60,716 nt of DNA, filler included, from Hausera hauseri (GCA_046269625.1; 11 parts of 11 records of this genome joined end to end with filler, not necessarily neighbours in it), one strand, 5' to 3'; positions 24,871 to 39,200 are shown, numbered from the whole stretch's first letter. A program made the numbers and translations. The notes: a model not told the origin generated them from the sequence alone.

Positions 24871-26809
24871 AATGTTTTGCATTTTTTCAGGATGGAAATT
24901 CATTTATTTCACTTTTACTTCTCTCCGTTTGCGTTGCTGGAAACGATATAAAGGTTGATAAGAGTCTAGACAGTGAAGCAGTACCTCATTGCGTTAGACG
25001 GCTAAATTCAACCTCATCAGTTGGTTGCTCATCAAATACTATGGAAACACTGGAGTTGTTCAAATTATTTAAAACATGTCAGATCTGAATGACAAAATGA
25101 TCGACATAAAAGAAGACACGGTCATCATTTTAAGCGCCGATTTATTTATAAATATTAGTATTCATCGGACACTATTCAGTAATAAGTACGTCATCGGTAT
25201 TCTTGTTTTTGAAAAGGACATAGGCAATTCATCCGGTATTAATCTATCATCATTTTCCGAAAATTACATTTTCCCAAATTCGAAATTTCATTTTTGCCTT
25301 TGTTACAGAGTTTGCCTGCTGCTATTTTAATTGAATTTCTTTCTCTATTTAAAAAATTTTTAACTTTCAGTAATTATAGTTGTAATTACGATACGTTCCG
25401 AATAATTTGGTCGATGTGTAACAAGCAGTACAAAAGGAAATCTAACCGTGGGCGTTTCAATAAACATACAGATGTTTTATGATGAATTGGCGAAATTATA
25501 TCAGCATTTATTCCTTAATTAATATCTAAATAAACGTCAATCGTCTGAAAAGAAAATGTTTCAATCAATTCACAAAATTCACGGTAAATAAACTTTATTT
25601 GAACTAAACAAACTTTCTTTTTCATTTACGTTTTTCAAACAAACTTGTCGGTTTTGGAAACACGATTAAAATAACACAGCTGGGGTTGTTTAGACGCATT
25701 TTGATTGATTAAATTGAGATGATGTAACAAATCCAGAATAGTTTTTGTAGTGATAATTGTATCAGCACAGAATTGCATACCGTGGTATTTAGCTCTATTG
25801 TACATAAGTAACAGCATGTACATTTTAGAACTTGGGATATCTTTTTCCGGTATGTAGCGTTCAGTTTTTGGTTAGTGTCGTATTTTTCTGACAATTTTTC
25901 GAAAGAATCGGCTATAGTATTTCAGTAAATACATAACTGGATAAAAAATTAACACTAAATAACGATACAAGTTACTGAATAAAATAAAACAGATGAAATA
26001 AAAATAGATGAATTCAATTAAAGCACGTGTTGCAATACTAAAATGGATTTGTCTTTGTTTAGTTCCGTCGTATTCGAGCATACAGATAGATCATTCGTAA
26101 CTGTTTTTTCTTGACTTATTCATGACTGTGGCTTTTTGATGACCCAATTTTGATTTGGAATTTCAGCTCATTTTTCAATCCTTCGTAATTTTGAGATTCG
26201 GTGAAATTTAGGGTATTTTTTATTGATGAATTTAACAAATTTCCTGAGTACGATGGACGAAATTTTGGATTTTGTCAAAATATCCATAAATATCGATTGT
26301 TCACGGAAAAGTCTTGTTGATTATACAGTGAGTTTGGTCTTTTGGATTTCGATCTAAATGCGATTTTTTGTTGCAAAGGAGNNNNNNNNNNNNNNNNNNN
26401 NNNNNNNNNNNNNNNNNNNNNNNNNTTAATTAATTAANNNNNNNNNNNNNNNNNNNNNNNNNNNNNNNNNNNNNNNNNNNNGAACATGTCTCATGTCTAG
26501 TAAACCATCATTTTCAACACAAATTCTCAATTCAACATGAGATCCGTTTAAAGCCGCACATCGTTCAACATTTGTGTCATCCTTAATAAAATGTCGTTTT
26601 CGCATTCTATCCTAAATGATACATTTATTACACTATCATGTTTATACAGATTTTTACATTATAGGAATGAAGTATGTTGATGAGCTATGTAAAAACCTGT
26701 GACTAAAACCATCCAGAACATTGTAGATTTACTTAGATAAACCATAATTTTAAAGATAAATAACAATGAAACAAATTTTACTTCAAATCGTGTTGATATA
26801 GTGTCTATG

Positions 26810-26959
26810 TACAAACGGTTCATGAAACATACATGCACAAATTTGAAAAATACATGCACAATTTCAAATTTGCACATGAAGTAAGTCTGTTGGGATTCAA
26901 TTTTTCAAAATATGAATGTATTTTTCACATTTGTGCACATGTTTTATGAGCCCTTTGTA
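26810..26959. repeat. Imperfect inverted repeat (MITE-like), ~50-bp arms and ~50-bp spacer
   Basis: TACAAACGGTTCATGAAACATACATGCACAAATTTGAAAAATACATGCACA versus TATGAATGTATTTTTCACATTTGTGCACATGTTTTATGAGCCCTTTGTA. Confidence 0.7.
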
Positions 26960-28085
26960 AAATGTTTGTACATCTCAATATTTAGGGTGATGCATAAATT
27001 TCCAACATTTTCAACGAGTTTTTATTATCAAATTTTAAATGTTTTATTCCATAAAGTATTCACCGTTTTCAACCGTTTTATAGATTTAATATCATTTTAT
27101 GAGCACATTTCAATTATTCAAGTTGTTGCAGCTATGAAGTCATTTTCTGAAGTTCTTTCATCTAAATGGTCTGCAACAATTAATAAGAACCTAAACTTAG
27201 ATGTTCAGCGTTTTTGTAAAACAGCATCACTGATTGATCTATTTCGTAAATACACTCATTATTCTAACGTAGATTACTTTAACTACTGTCTTGGGTTTTA
27301 CTCAGGTGTCGCTGGCAGCATTAAATCAGAGTTTACATCATATTAGAAACTTCACCTGGTAACAAAATATTAGTATTTTTGAAATCTGAAGTTCTTTGGT
27401 GCTTTTGAAATCAAAGTTACAGTAATAGTTTCTTTTTATTAATTACATAAAGAAAACCAGGCTATATCGTAGAATTTCGATAATACAGTTTCATTTTTTT
27501 ATATGATGCAAATTAACCATGTTGTTTACCAATTGTTGTTAACCAATGTTTAGGAAAAATTAAATACCATTAATAATTTGAACTCGTTGATATAACAGTT
27601 TGTCATTTATTTGTTTAGGTTAAACAAATAATTTTAGCTAATATATCCAAAACGAATACTTAATATATTACCAACAAGCTGTAACAGTGATAGTTATTAC
27701 TTTACAATAAATAATATTCGAAACATGTATAAATTTCTAATTTACAGGTAATCTTACTAATTTCAGGACAAGTGAATTTATAGACGAAATTCCACAGCCA
27801 ACAGTTTCGTATCTAAAGCGACGACAATTTACGTTCAATTGTTTGATAGCTACCAAACAGAACTCATGAAAACAGTATTTATATTAGTAATTTACAACAA
27901 TAAGGTTCAGGACGATGTTAGTTTAAAATCATTGTTCTTCATAAAATTACGAATAATCTGTTTTAAAATTCGAAAAAATTTCAATAAGAAAAAATGCTGA
28001 ACAAAGTTCCAGACTTCGAAAAGCGAAATCGACCAAAATATTGAACTATTGTGGAACTGGAACAACTTTAATAAGGCAAATGCAC

Positions 28086-28400
28086 TTAATGAAAATTTTC
28101 TTTTAGAAAGAGTTCAATCAATAGAGTATTTTTTTCACAGAATCGATTTCCCACAAAACTTACCGTCTGAATCTGGTAACCATTTTTCATAAACCTAGAC
28201 ATTGGTATATTTAGATTCGAGGTCAACGAACATACTCTATGAATAAAGCTATTCACCTTGTTTGAATTATAAATGTCATCAGTAAAACATTTTGAGGATA
28301 ACATAAAGCCCAATGTCTGATGGTATTTATAAATTAAACATGGTCAAAGATTTTATTATTATTTTGATAAGAACGAACATGTCGTATTATCATTTCCGAT
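28086..28400 (-). pseudogene. Penelope-like retroelement RT C-terminal remnant
   Basis: YKYHQTLGFML...NSFIHRVCSLTS...FMKNGYQ resembles the PLE pattern YRKPT.TG...SLIHRA..ICS...F..NGYP. Confidence 0.4.
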
Positions 28401-30869
28401 GTTCAATTATATAAAATCTCAAAATATCTTCCAATTCTGTCTAGACACATATTTCCAAAATGTATCACGCTATTTGTAGTTCAATTCTATTTTTACAACA
28501 ATAATATAATAAAAAATAAAACAATAACGATAATATATGGTCAATCCACACATCTATAACTTTTACAATTATTAAGATTAAGACATTTTTAGAAGTATAA
28601 ATTAAAATATATACAGATGTCTTTGTAAAGCAGTGTTAATTCCAAATAGCAAAAACTAATCACAGAATGAAAAATGATGCTAATAGACATAACTTACACG
28701 TTAATAGATTTTAAAGCAAAATACTCAGATTTCAGTCTAATACGTATACAGTTGGATATTACAACAAAATGAATTGGCGATGTAAAATCAAGAGTTACAT
28801 TTTAACAATGAACAACATTTATAATATGTTGAAAAGAAATACTTTCAATGAAGGAAGATGGATTATTATTCCACAAATTGAAGACCATAAAAATTTAAAG
28901 TATATTAATGTGCCGCTCGTATCCCATTAGAGTGATTAGAAATTGAATTCACAACATAAATTGTAAAATAAGGAAAAGTACGCTTGAATTTTATAATCAA
29001 CCGTGTCACAAGATATGAACACTGATATCCTGAAAGAGCGTGTTCGTGGGAAAAAAGTGTCCTAACATAGAGGTCAAATTCATTTTACATCAAAAGTAAA
29101 AATGTTATCGTTAATTTTCAAATCAATTTAACAAATCAAAGTATCTTAATTTAGATCACTATTTCTCTTAAAATACCTTATAGGGCATTTCCTAACGTTA
29201 ATTCATTGAATACAAAAAAGTGTGAAATAAAAGTTCAGCAAATAAACAGAAAATGTTATTATGACAACCAAAACGAATTAGTCATATCTAAGCACATTAC
29301 TGTGCAAACGACATAACTTCCATCACTGCTACTGAGCAATTAAACAGCGTACTTCATTAAAAGCAATAATTATGTCGTAATTAATATACTGACAACTGAG
29401 AAAGTTGATTAGAATCAACAGTTCAGAACAAAATGGAATGCGACCTTTGTTAGAATTGAACTACAAATAGCGGGGGGGGTTTGAACAAGTGCAATAGGAT
29501 CTCACATTTAAATCCTCCAAACGAGTTATTTTGGTTTCTCTGCAAAAAAAAAACAAAACGGTAATGACTGCGAAATTTGCATATCCAAATGTTAACTGGA
29601 TTTGAACTGTTGTTGTAGATATTTTATTAGTTAAGATCTTGTACATGATAAATTACGCATTTAAACACCATTTAAAAGTTGGTTTTTCTCCGTCTGTCAG
29701 TTCATTATGAAAATATAGTTATTACACCATGCATCGATCTCATAATGATGCATGACATCAGACAAAATAACGAAAAAACGATATAAATTCGTTTGCATTA
29801 TAAGCTGACATGTCGAATAAGGAATTTACATGGAACAAATCTGGAGCATACATAAAATGTTGCACTCTGCTGTTTTGCTTTTCATCGAGAAATTGCCTGA
29901 ATTTTACTTTTCAAAGTATTCGTAATTTAGCGAAAATTTAAAGCCTAAAACCAGTTATTGCAAAATTAACAAATTAAAATTATATAAAAATATATATAAG
30001 TAAAACAGTAACTTACATTACATTCAGCCATGATACAAAAATGAGAAAGATTAACGCACGATCATATTTTATATAAACTGTATGTTTTGTGATCGTGTCT
30101 AAATTCAGGATGAATGGAACAACATTAAATACAAATATTTTTTCAATGTGAAGGACAACATAGATTTGAAAATTAGTCCAAAACTGGGTCATTGTAGTTA
30201 TATCCAGTAGATGTGCTAATCAAATAGTTATTTTGCTACTGCACCTGAATAAATGATTATTCACTGATTTAATGTAACAATTTGTACTAAGATAGTAAAT
30301 TTGACGTCTTTATTGGTCATGTCAAGAATATACTAAATAAAATGCAAAAAAAAACCCCGACTTATATACATCACATTTGGGGTTAAAGTTTATAAGCTAT
30401 CGACATTGTCAAAATTACAATTCTTGATTTTGTTATGTGAAATCGAATGTTATTCGGAGCTGATTAAACATTGAAAATAAGTTCAGACCAATTATGATAC
30501 TGTCACTTCAAACAAATGAGGTTAGCAAATAGGCATGACAGATGATGAACGTGACGAAACATTTTGAAGTGATTTTGTGAATTTGGAATTAATGTAACAA
30601 TTTGTACTAAGGACAAACAATGCTCACATACTTGCCAAAATTGTTTTGAATGAATTAGTATGCACTTTGGAATGGCTTTTAACATTGTACATAACAGATT
30701 CGGTGTTTATGGGATTTCTTTTAATTGAATGATGGTGCAATACCTGTCATTTTCATTTTATTTTAATACACTGGATTTTGCTTACTTGTTACAATATGTC
30801 TAGGGTACACCATAAATTTAATATTACCTCAAGAAAAGGAGCGAAATGTTATTAAAGTTCGAAAATTTC

Positions 30870-31340
30870 TAAACATTGTGGAGGAGATTTGAACAAGTGC
30901 GAAATGCTGTCACATTTAAAAGCTCTAGTTGCGTGCGTGATTTGAATTAATTAGTTTCAAAATATAATTTTGTTCTCACATAAATTGCTATAAAAATGCC
31001 AAAAAAAACTGATATAAGCATGAGGGAACTGATTAGGGATAAAGTCAACCAACAGAAAAGTTATCGTTATATTCACATTTGCCAGTATATAAATTATGAA
31101 GTTGTTCAATGTTCAAAAAATACCGGGGATTTGAAAATTGAAAATGTGGGAGGAAGACAATTCTTTCTGAAATTGCAAAATGGGCTTTGATGATGGAAAT
31201 AAGGAGAAATGCAACAGTTACAAGTGTATATTTAAAGATAATGTTACGCAATAAGTTTGCTAGTCATATTGAGCGTCAAGCTATATGCAATATTCTAGTA
31301 TAATTAGGTTTTCGTAATTCATCCATGGTTAAAAAGCCTA
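30870..31340 (+). mobile_element. Tc1/mariner transposase N-terminal (HTH) remnant with possible TIR
   Basis: MPKKTDISMRELI...KSYRYI...GGR, then (frameshifted) ALMMEIRRNATVTS...RQAICNILV*LGFRNSSMVKKP. The upstream TTTGAACAAGTGC...TCACATTTAAA motif recurs at ~29480. Confidence 0.6.
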
Positions 31341-31375
31341 AATAAACAGTCAAGCATATTTGTAAACATCTAAAT

Positions 31376-31700
31376 TTATTTACATGACAAATAGTGTTGA
31401 CACAACACCAAGCATTTCTTATAGGCACATTTCGAACCATGGTCGGTATATGGACACAAAATATTGTCTGGAACTGTCTTCAGATTATGTGCAGAGTAGT
31501 TCACAATTCGTAATGATGGAAAATACGATTTAAGAGCGTTGCTTTTCTGTCCATTGATGTGATCTTTCACATAAAACAATGTTTGTTTCACATTAGCAAA
31601 GTACGACAAATCGTCCAATATAGATTTTGGAGAAAACGATCGATATCCTTCTGCCCAAGCTAACTTAATTCGATGAATCATTAGATACAAATTTATATTT
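31376..31700 (-). CDS. Probable Polinton-associated small protein fragment with C-terminal Cys/His cluster
   Basis: L.W.EG...FYVK...QK..L...CPYTDHGSKCA pattern recalled from accessory proteins of invertebrate Polintons. Confidence 0.35.
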
Positions 31701-34426
31701 TGTGTTGTTGGGTTATCTCGTTGGGTTATTTCATATTAATGCTCACCAACATATAAATAGTCAAATTTATCTTGATCAATCCTTCAAGATGTTTGCTCGT
31801 GCAGTTTTAACTTTGGTTTTCTGAAGTCATGAGTTCGTGGGCGGTCTGACCTATTAAGAGATCCAGCGCCCCCTCTACTTCTGAATTTCTTTGCCTGTAT
31901 TGTTTTCTATTATTATGGAGGCTTCCTACTAATACTATTGTGTAATTTATTATTACCATCCGTCTTGATCTCTTATCTAAGAGAAATGATTTATACACCT
32001 TAATGTTGTTTGGTGGGATTAGTCGTGACAATATTGCAAAATTAAGGTTACGGTCAGTTTGAATGACCGACATTTATAATCCAATAAGACTACGAATAAG
32101 ATTCAAAATCTATATAGAGGGTATAAATAAATCATTCGTGAGAATATTAGATGACTGATAGGTAAGGGAGGTGATAATTTTGTTTTGTAACTCAAAATAA
32201 CCGTGTAAAGCATATAAGCATATCAAAGTACAGGTCCATACGAACAACACCGAATAAAGGAATATAAATATCAGTACAACATACAAAATAAATTCCCATA
32301 TTCTCATCTCCATATATTCATAGGGTAAAATCGTAAATGTGGATTAAAATTCTTTGAGAATTTTACTCGGTATAAAATTTATCTTTTAAAATTTGGGTCA
32401 ATATAGTCAATACATATTTATACATTCTGTGCGCTCCTTACCGGCAAAGCGGGCCTAGACCTTTAAAATGATTAATACTAAGTTTGGCATATTCCAAGAT
32501 CCATATGCATGCACACGTAAGAACCTAGGATTCAAGGATACTACTAACGTATGAAAAATAGCCTCCGGTGAAGGACAATAATAACTAGAAATTTTATACT
32601 GTTCATATATTTTCGTGTATAAATTCTAAAACCTTTTATCATGGAGATCCCCTTCACCATTCTATCCCAAAGTTTTCCCATTACTCTATTTCATCACAGA
32701 TATCCCAATTAACAAACCAAAGTTTATATCGTGACCTCATCAGAGTCTTACATTAGTCTATACCACCAAGCCATTCTCCTTCATAAAATCAAATCAAAAG
32801 GCCCAATTTAAGAAATTGTCCTTTAACCCAAGGTAACTCTGCCAAGATTTTCCACAATCCATACTGTCAACGCCCAGAAATCGGTTGCAAAGGTAAAATT
32901 ATCCGTCCATCATTTTTCTGTTCGTTATGGCGGTTCTCTCTCTCTAATGAAAAAACCATAATTTTACTTAAAATCATTTATTTACCCTCGTGGATAACAT
33001 CTATAAACCCGTTTTTATTAATTTATATAAATAAATAAATATACTAATATTTTGGCAAATGACCCTTTAATGATACTGTTACCTTTCAATGGCATTAGTC
33101 AAAAATCGTCATCTCAATTAGTATTCGGCTCCTTCTCTTAATCTCACTTATCACACGTATTATTATTCATCAGACATCATTTACTAACCCATCTCTACCG
33201 GGCTAAAACTCTTACTTACTATCGGCAAGAGAATAATATTGACCGTTATGATAAACGTAGTAAATATTTACTTTAATGATAATCTAAAATAATATTACCG
33301 TCTCTCGATCTTCATCAATAAAACGATTCACTATAATAGTACATAAACATACATACGACTACATCAGTTTATCAAATCGTCATGAAACAATTCCCACTTT
33401 TGTTCAGAATGGGTACAATAATAATCAACTACAAGAAGGAACTGCAATGCCTTTACTCTGTTACCTTTGACCAACCATGCAGTTGAATTATCACACAATA
33501 CTGAAACGTAAATATGTTTCCTTAATTCGTTATGCTCATAGAGAATTGAGATCATGATCCTGTGTTTTGTGGTCTTCACCTTCGTAGCACTCCCTACGCA
33601 CCAATGCACTCGGCTTTCTGTTGTTCCTGGCTCGACTAGTGCACAATCTTTACAGAGCTGTTCCCATTCTAGAGTCGTTATATTCTGATTTCTTCTGGAA
33701 TAATTAATTCCCTCTCGCATGGTTAAACCATTGCTCCAATAAACAAGCTTGGAAAGGAAATCCCTGTCACAAACTAAATAATACCGCTCTCAAATACACA
33801 AGGTCATTCTACCTACAATCGTCAAATTGATTATTATTTTTAATCATTTTATTAAACAAAATTTTACAAATAAATAGAAATGTAATGGTTAACATTAACG
33901 GGGAATACCAAATCAATATTATATACAAGTCAAAACTTTACCACTATTGGGTTTCTCATTTCGTTCATCGTTGTTCATGCTAGCCATCATAGAATTTCTG
34001 CAAATCTGGAATTTGACGAAAAGGTACAATTTAATCTAATGTCTGTGGAGTTTAAATAACTGATAAAGAATAATGCTGGATTATTGATTTTTCTAGGTCT
34101 GTCTCCTAAAGTTGATAGAGTTAAAATAAACTCTTCAAATCTAACAATTAAGTCTGCAAGGTTTCGGTGTTGAAAGGTAATTATTGTTGTTGTTGTTCTA
34201 CCTTTTTAGCTGCTTTATATAGCAGTTTATATCGGCTTCTATTTTGTAATTGATTGTGAAAATTAGCATATGTAATTTGTTTAATAAGATTATTATTATG
34301 AAATCAATTTTCAAATTCGCCGTCATTAACCGGCTGCTATTTTAACACATTATTATTGTTGTTTATGATTAGGAAATTGATTTTCGAATCTACAACGTTA
34401 GACAGCTGTTATTTTTCGAACTAATT

Positions 34427-34507
34427 TAACGTACCGATTTGTAGATTTGAACATAACGTACTGATTTGTAGATTTGAACATAACGTACTGATTTGTATAT
34501 TTGAACA
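34427..34507. repeat. 27-bp minisatellite, 3 copies
   Basis: TAACGTAC(C/T)GATTTGTA(G/T)ATTTGAACA tandem units starting at 34427, 34454 and 34481. Confidence 0.95.
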
Positions 34508-35688
34508 TGCTAATTTGTAAATATGTGATTATTTTGGCTAATTTGTAGATTTGTAAATTTGTAAACTTGTTTGTTCCGTTTTGTAAACCTACCAATCCGG
34601 CATCCCCGAATAATGTTACGTCACCTTGGATAACAACCATATACATAGAGCAGATTTTTCCAAGGGTACTCATCAAGAGGTAACAATAAAGATGGTGGAG
34701 AAATAAAATGAAAGATTATATGTACATATATATATTATTAAGACATAATCAGTTCGTAGTGTTGGAATCAGTTCAGTGTTCAATAATCATAGTCAGAAAA
34801 NNNNNNNNNNNNNNNNNNNNNNNNNNNNNNNNNNNNNNNNNNNNTTAATTAATTAANNNNNNNNNNNNNNNNNNNNNNNNNNNNNNNNNNNNNNNNNNNN
34901 AAAGTCGCTGTTCAATGTCAGTTTGGAAATTCCATAGTAATAGAAACTGTACGGGGTCTGTCAACAACAGCATCTCAACCATTTACTTCTCTTTATATAA
35001 ATTCTCAAGAAACATCCCTCACTCCACCATCAGGTCCACCTTCATCGCTATTTACAGCTGCAGTTTCCTTTTGGAAAAAGAATATATTGATATGATAGAC
35101 TCAAAAGCTCGAAAAGTCGGGATTATTGCTACCAATTTTTTAGAGAAAAATGTTTATAAAAATGATACCTTAGTCTGTTCCTTCAAATCTCCAACTAATA
35201 TGTTACAAAAGAAAATTTTCAATGTTTTTAAAACGTTACAAATCGGACATGATGTTGAAAATTGCGTGTTTTAATTTCTTTCTGCTGTCATTAAGTATGT
35301 CTAACAGAATTGGCATTACGACTCTATTTTTCAAAAACAGAAGACACGAATGCATAATTGTTTTTATCCTGCATTTTCTTTGTATCCGAACGTTAAAGAT
35401 ACGAAAAAAATTATTTATTTCTTAGTTGAAATGTTACCCAAAGATTCTGGGCCAACTTTTAGTGAGGGTTTAAATGAAAAAAATAAACTTGATTCTGGAA
35501 TTAAAAAGTGTTTTGTTGACAATTGAAAATCTCCTTGGCTGCCGTACTACTGCCACCCGGCTAGTCCATTGACCCAATCCATTATTTCCAGGACTTTGTT
35601 GATTTCCTTTAAATCGGATTTAGGCGCACTAAAATCACTTTCAACGTTGCTTAGTTCTCTGCCATCTCTGTAGTCACAAGTCGATAGT

Positions 35689-36056
35689 TTGGAAGAACTT
35701 TTAATGCCCCTTTCATCGTTCGAGTGTAAATTAAAACTATCGGAAGGCATCGACATAAAAGAGCTAATTAAAACGATTATTTCCATCAACGAAAACATTA
35801 GAGCCAAAGAACAAAAGATGAAAATGAAACCGGAAGTTGCCCGTCTAACTCATTTTCTAATTAACGTCAAAACACAAAATGAAAGTAAGTCAAATGAAAT
35901 TCGAGAAACCGAAAAAAACCAAATCGAATTGCACGAAAACCAATTCCAGGAAAGTCAAATCGTATTGGAATCGACAATAATCGAATATAATACGATCGTT
36001 AGAAAACTGAATCAATTGAAAGAGAAAATAAATTCATTAGTTATGGAAAACAATAG
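35689..36056 (+). CDS. Coiled-coil-like host ORF fragment, unknown
   Basis: E/K/Q/N-rich heptad-like open frame; no recognised domain. Confidence 0.35.
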
Positions 36057-36259
36057 GTGTTCAACAGTTTTTAAACTAGGTATAAATAGTTAACCACCGG
36101 TTGCTGTTCCAAGTTCTGAAATTGCACAAAGTAACAAAAGTGTTATGATGATATCAAATACTACTGCTATAGTTCAACTACTTGAGTCCTTCTGTAAGTC
36201 CTTTTACATTTTATTTTCTAAAAGAAGTTTTGTGCACTGGTACGTTGGAGAAGGATTTT
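36057..36259 (+). pseudogene. Divergent alpha-tubulin C-terminal fragment, truncated by LTR insertion
   Basis: CSTVFKLGINS*PPVAVP...MISNTTAI...KRSFVHWYVGEG versus alpha-tubulin CPTGFKVGINYQPPTVVP...MLSNTTAI...KRAFVHWYVGEG. Confidence 0.85.
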
Positions 36260-39200
36260 TGTGGGAATTCGATTACCCGGAATTTGGGACCCGCCGCGAC
36301 AAGGCTGACGTCCCGGCCGCTCACCCTGCACCATTGGGTCAGACGGCGCCGTTCGTTGCCGCCCCACAACACGCCCCGGACACACCACCTCTTTATCTCC
36401 TTTTCTTTTTTATCAACAACAGGCATATTAGCACACATACAGCAACACATGTAAACACTGCTGCCATCCATAAAATCATCTCCACTTCTTTTCATTCCTG
36501 TAACTTTTATGTCACACAATGGATCTTTAGTACCCCTCGCTGGAACTCTAAAATCTTCCTCAACCCACATCTGTCTTCACATTAACTTCCGTATCCGTGG
36601 TGGCATGGATTCATCACCCACAATTGATACCACGGACAAACTCACCAAACCACAAATCCCCATCATTCACTTATCCAAACAAATTGCTTCAAACACCCCC
36701 ACACAACACACACTCCTCACTCATTCACCCGGCACCAAATACTTTCTCGACAGCCAAAACTCTACTCAAACTTGGCTAAAACTGCACCAATTTTGGCTCC
36801 AATCATAAAACGTCGTCGACTCTTTATCCAAAGCCAACATCCTCTTTTTTCATTTATCAGCTTCCACCAAACTAAAATTACCAATATCATCGATATCCTT
36901 CAGCAAACCGATCCATATGCTCAACTTTACAAGGCTGTTCTCAAGCTTATTCAGCCGTCAATCGATTCAATTATTCAAAGGTTCGTTAACGACAACGCCA
37001 TGGGCCTTTAGAAGCCTTCTGAATTCCTACGCACATCCTTGTCTCACCTCAACACCCTCAGCGTAACATCTGAGCATAGTCCAGAACTTATTCGTCGCTA
37101 TTTCTTAAATGCATTTCCCCTTCAAATAAGAGCTTTGCTTACCGTAGTCGAGGACTCCACTGCTCTGGACAAGCTAGCCGAACTGGCAGATAAAGCATAC
37201 GAAGTACTACACTCACACAGCACCAACTATCTCTGCAGCATTAACAACAGACCAACAACAACAAAATGCAATAATGCAGCAACAATTTGCGCAATTACAC
37301 ACAGAAACTGAAATGTTGCAAAAAACCATTAACATAAACGAAAAATTAAGCGAACTAACGCTGCCTCGACGGGGTTTTTCTATGGCTGCTTCCCGTAATG
37401 TATTTAATCAACGTCAAAAACGGTGGCCTTCGCCCGCGCGGTCATTAATTTGCTATTATCATAGCAAATTTGGTAACAGTGCTCAGAAATGCTGCATCGC
37501 TTGTAACTTTAATTCCCCGATTTTAATACAAGCGACATCGTTTGCATCTACCATTCAAAATTTGGCACAAAAGCACAAAAATGCCTACCTGGCTGCAACA
37601 ACAACACAATAAATCCAATATTACTAAATTCACACAGCACAGTAGACCAAACTCACCAACTACGAAAAACTGATTTCGCCGCTAGGACACACGGCAAGTC
37701 CTAACATGGGCAACAACCAGCAAAAAGACAGCCGACACATCTCTTGCTGTATTCACGTTGGAAGCACCATTCGTCACTCCAACAAAGCAAAACATTAACT
37801 TTCTTATACACACTGGTGCAGCAATCTCTCTACTGTCACCAACACAACACATCCAAAACAATTTCACCTCAAAAAAAAACAACTGTTCACTGCGTCCGGT
37901 GAACCTTTACAAACTTTTGGTGTTACTAAATAAACGTTCACACTTCCAAATTTCCCAAACACATTCACTGGGAAATTTACAGTAGCCAATGTACGCACAC
38001 CTATATTGGGTTCAGACTTTCTGTCCCACTAAAATTTACTTGTCGATTGCAAGCGATGTTCCTTAAAATGAGGAAATAATCTCAATCAAATTAGCAGCAT
38101 TTAGGTGACCACCCAGACGATCGCGTCCAGTACGTCAATACTGAAGCAAACGACTTCCGATTTAAATTATTTTTACAATCATACATTATACAGAAATTTT
38201 TACTACGGTGACAAATGCGATATTGCCAACTGCGTGGCACCTATTACTAATAGCACAGCTTCAAACACCATCTTCAACACAAACATCCTGCACCAAGTAC
38301 CACCCAGTCACAACACCTCGTCCATAACTCATACCTCAGCTGCATCCTGTCATGATGCATCGACACCATCGGATAATTTGTCATCGTTGCCTTCTGATCT
38401 ACAGCAATACATTTCGTCTTCCTACACGCGTCTGTTGCAAAAGGACAAATCATTCGTACCACCTCAATCCACCTTTCATCATATAGTAACAGCACAAAGA
38501 CCAATACGGCAAAAGGTCCGCACGCTTTCGCCTCGTCACATACAGGCAGTGGAGGCTGAGTTTCTCGAACTGGAACGATCAGGAATAATCAGAAGATCCA
38601 AATCCCCATGGTCTTCGCCACTGCATGTGGTTCCAAAAACAGATGGCACCTTTCGCCCATGCGGTAATTACCGCCAACTCAATAGCATAACCACAATGGA
38701 TGCCTAGCCTCTACCATTAATCAACGATATCCTTCGCAGGCTCCACGGTTCGACCATATTTTCCTGCATTGATTTACACAAAGCATACCACAAAATTCCG
38801 CTGGCCCCAGCAGACATTGCGAAAACGGATGTCATTACACTTTTCGGCCTTTTTGAATACCTATTTATGCCTTTTGAACTCCGTAGCGCTTCCCAGACTT
38901 CCAAAGGCATATCGATACAGTTCTCTCATGTTTAGACTTCGACTATCCCTATATTGATGATATCTTAATTGCATCATCTTCCTCCAAACAACACTCTGAA
39001 CACTTACGCTTAATCTTCCAGAGCTTACACCAAAACAACTTGCAAATCAAGTTCTCTAAATGCTGCTTTTTCAACATAAGGTCAATTTCCTAGGACATGT
39101 TATTAGCTCCTCCAGACATTCACCTCAGCCAAACCGCATCACACAGCTCAAAAACAGACAGATACCACTTACATCAACAGAGATGCGTTCTTTCCTCGGA

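Noticed and set aside
32725-32745. CTGATGA hammerhead-like core on the minus strand
   Set aside because: No stem II followed by GAAA.
34427-34507. Possible CRISPR array
   Set aside because: Head-to-tail units with no spacers, in a eukaryotic context.
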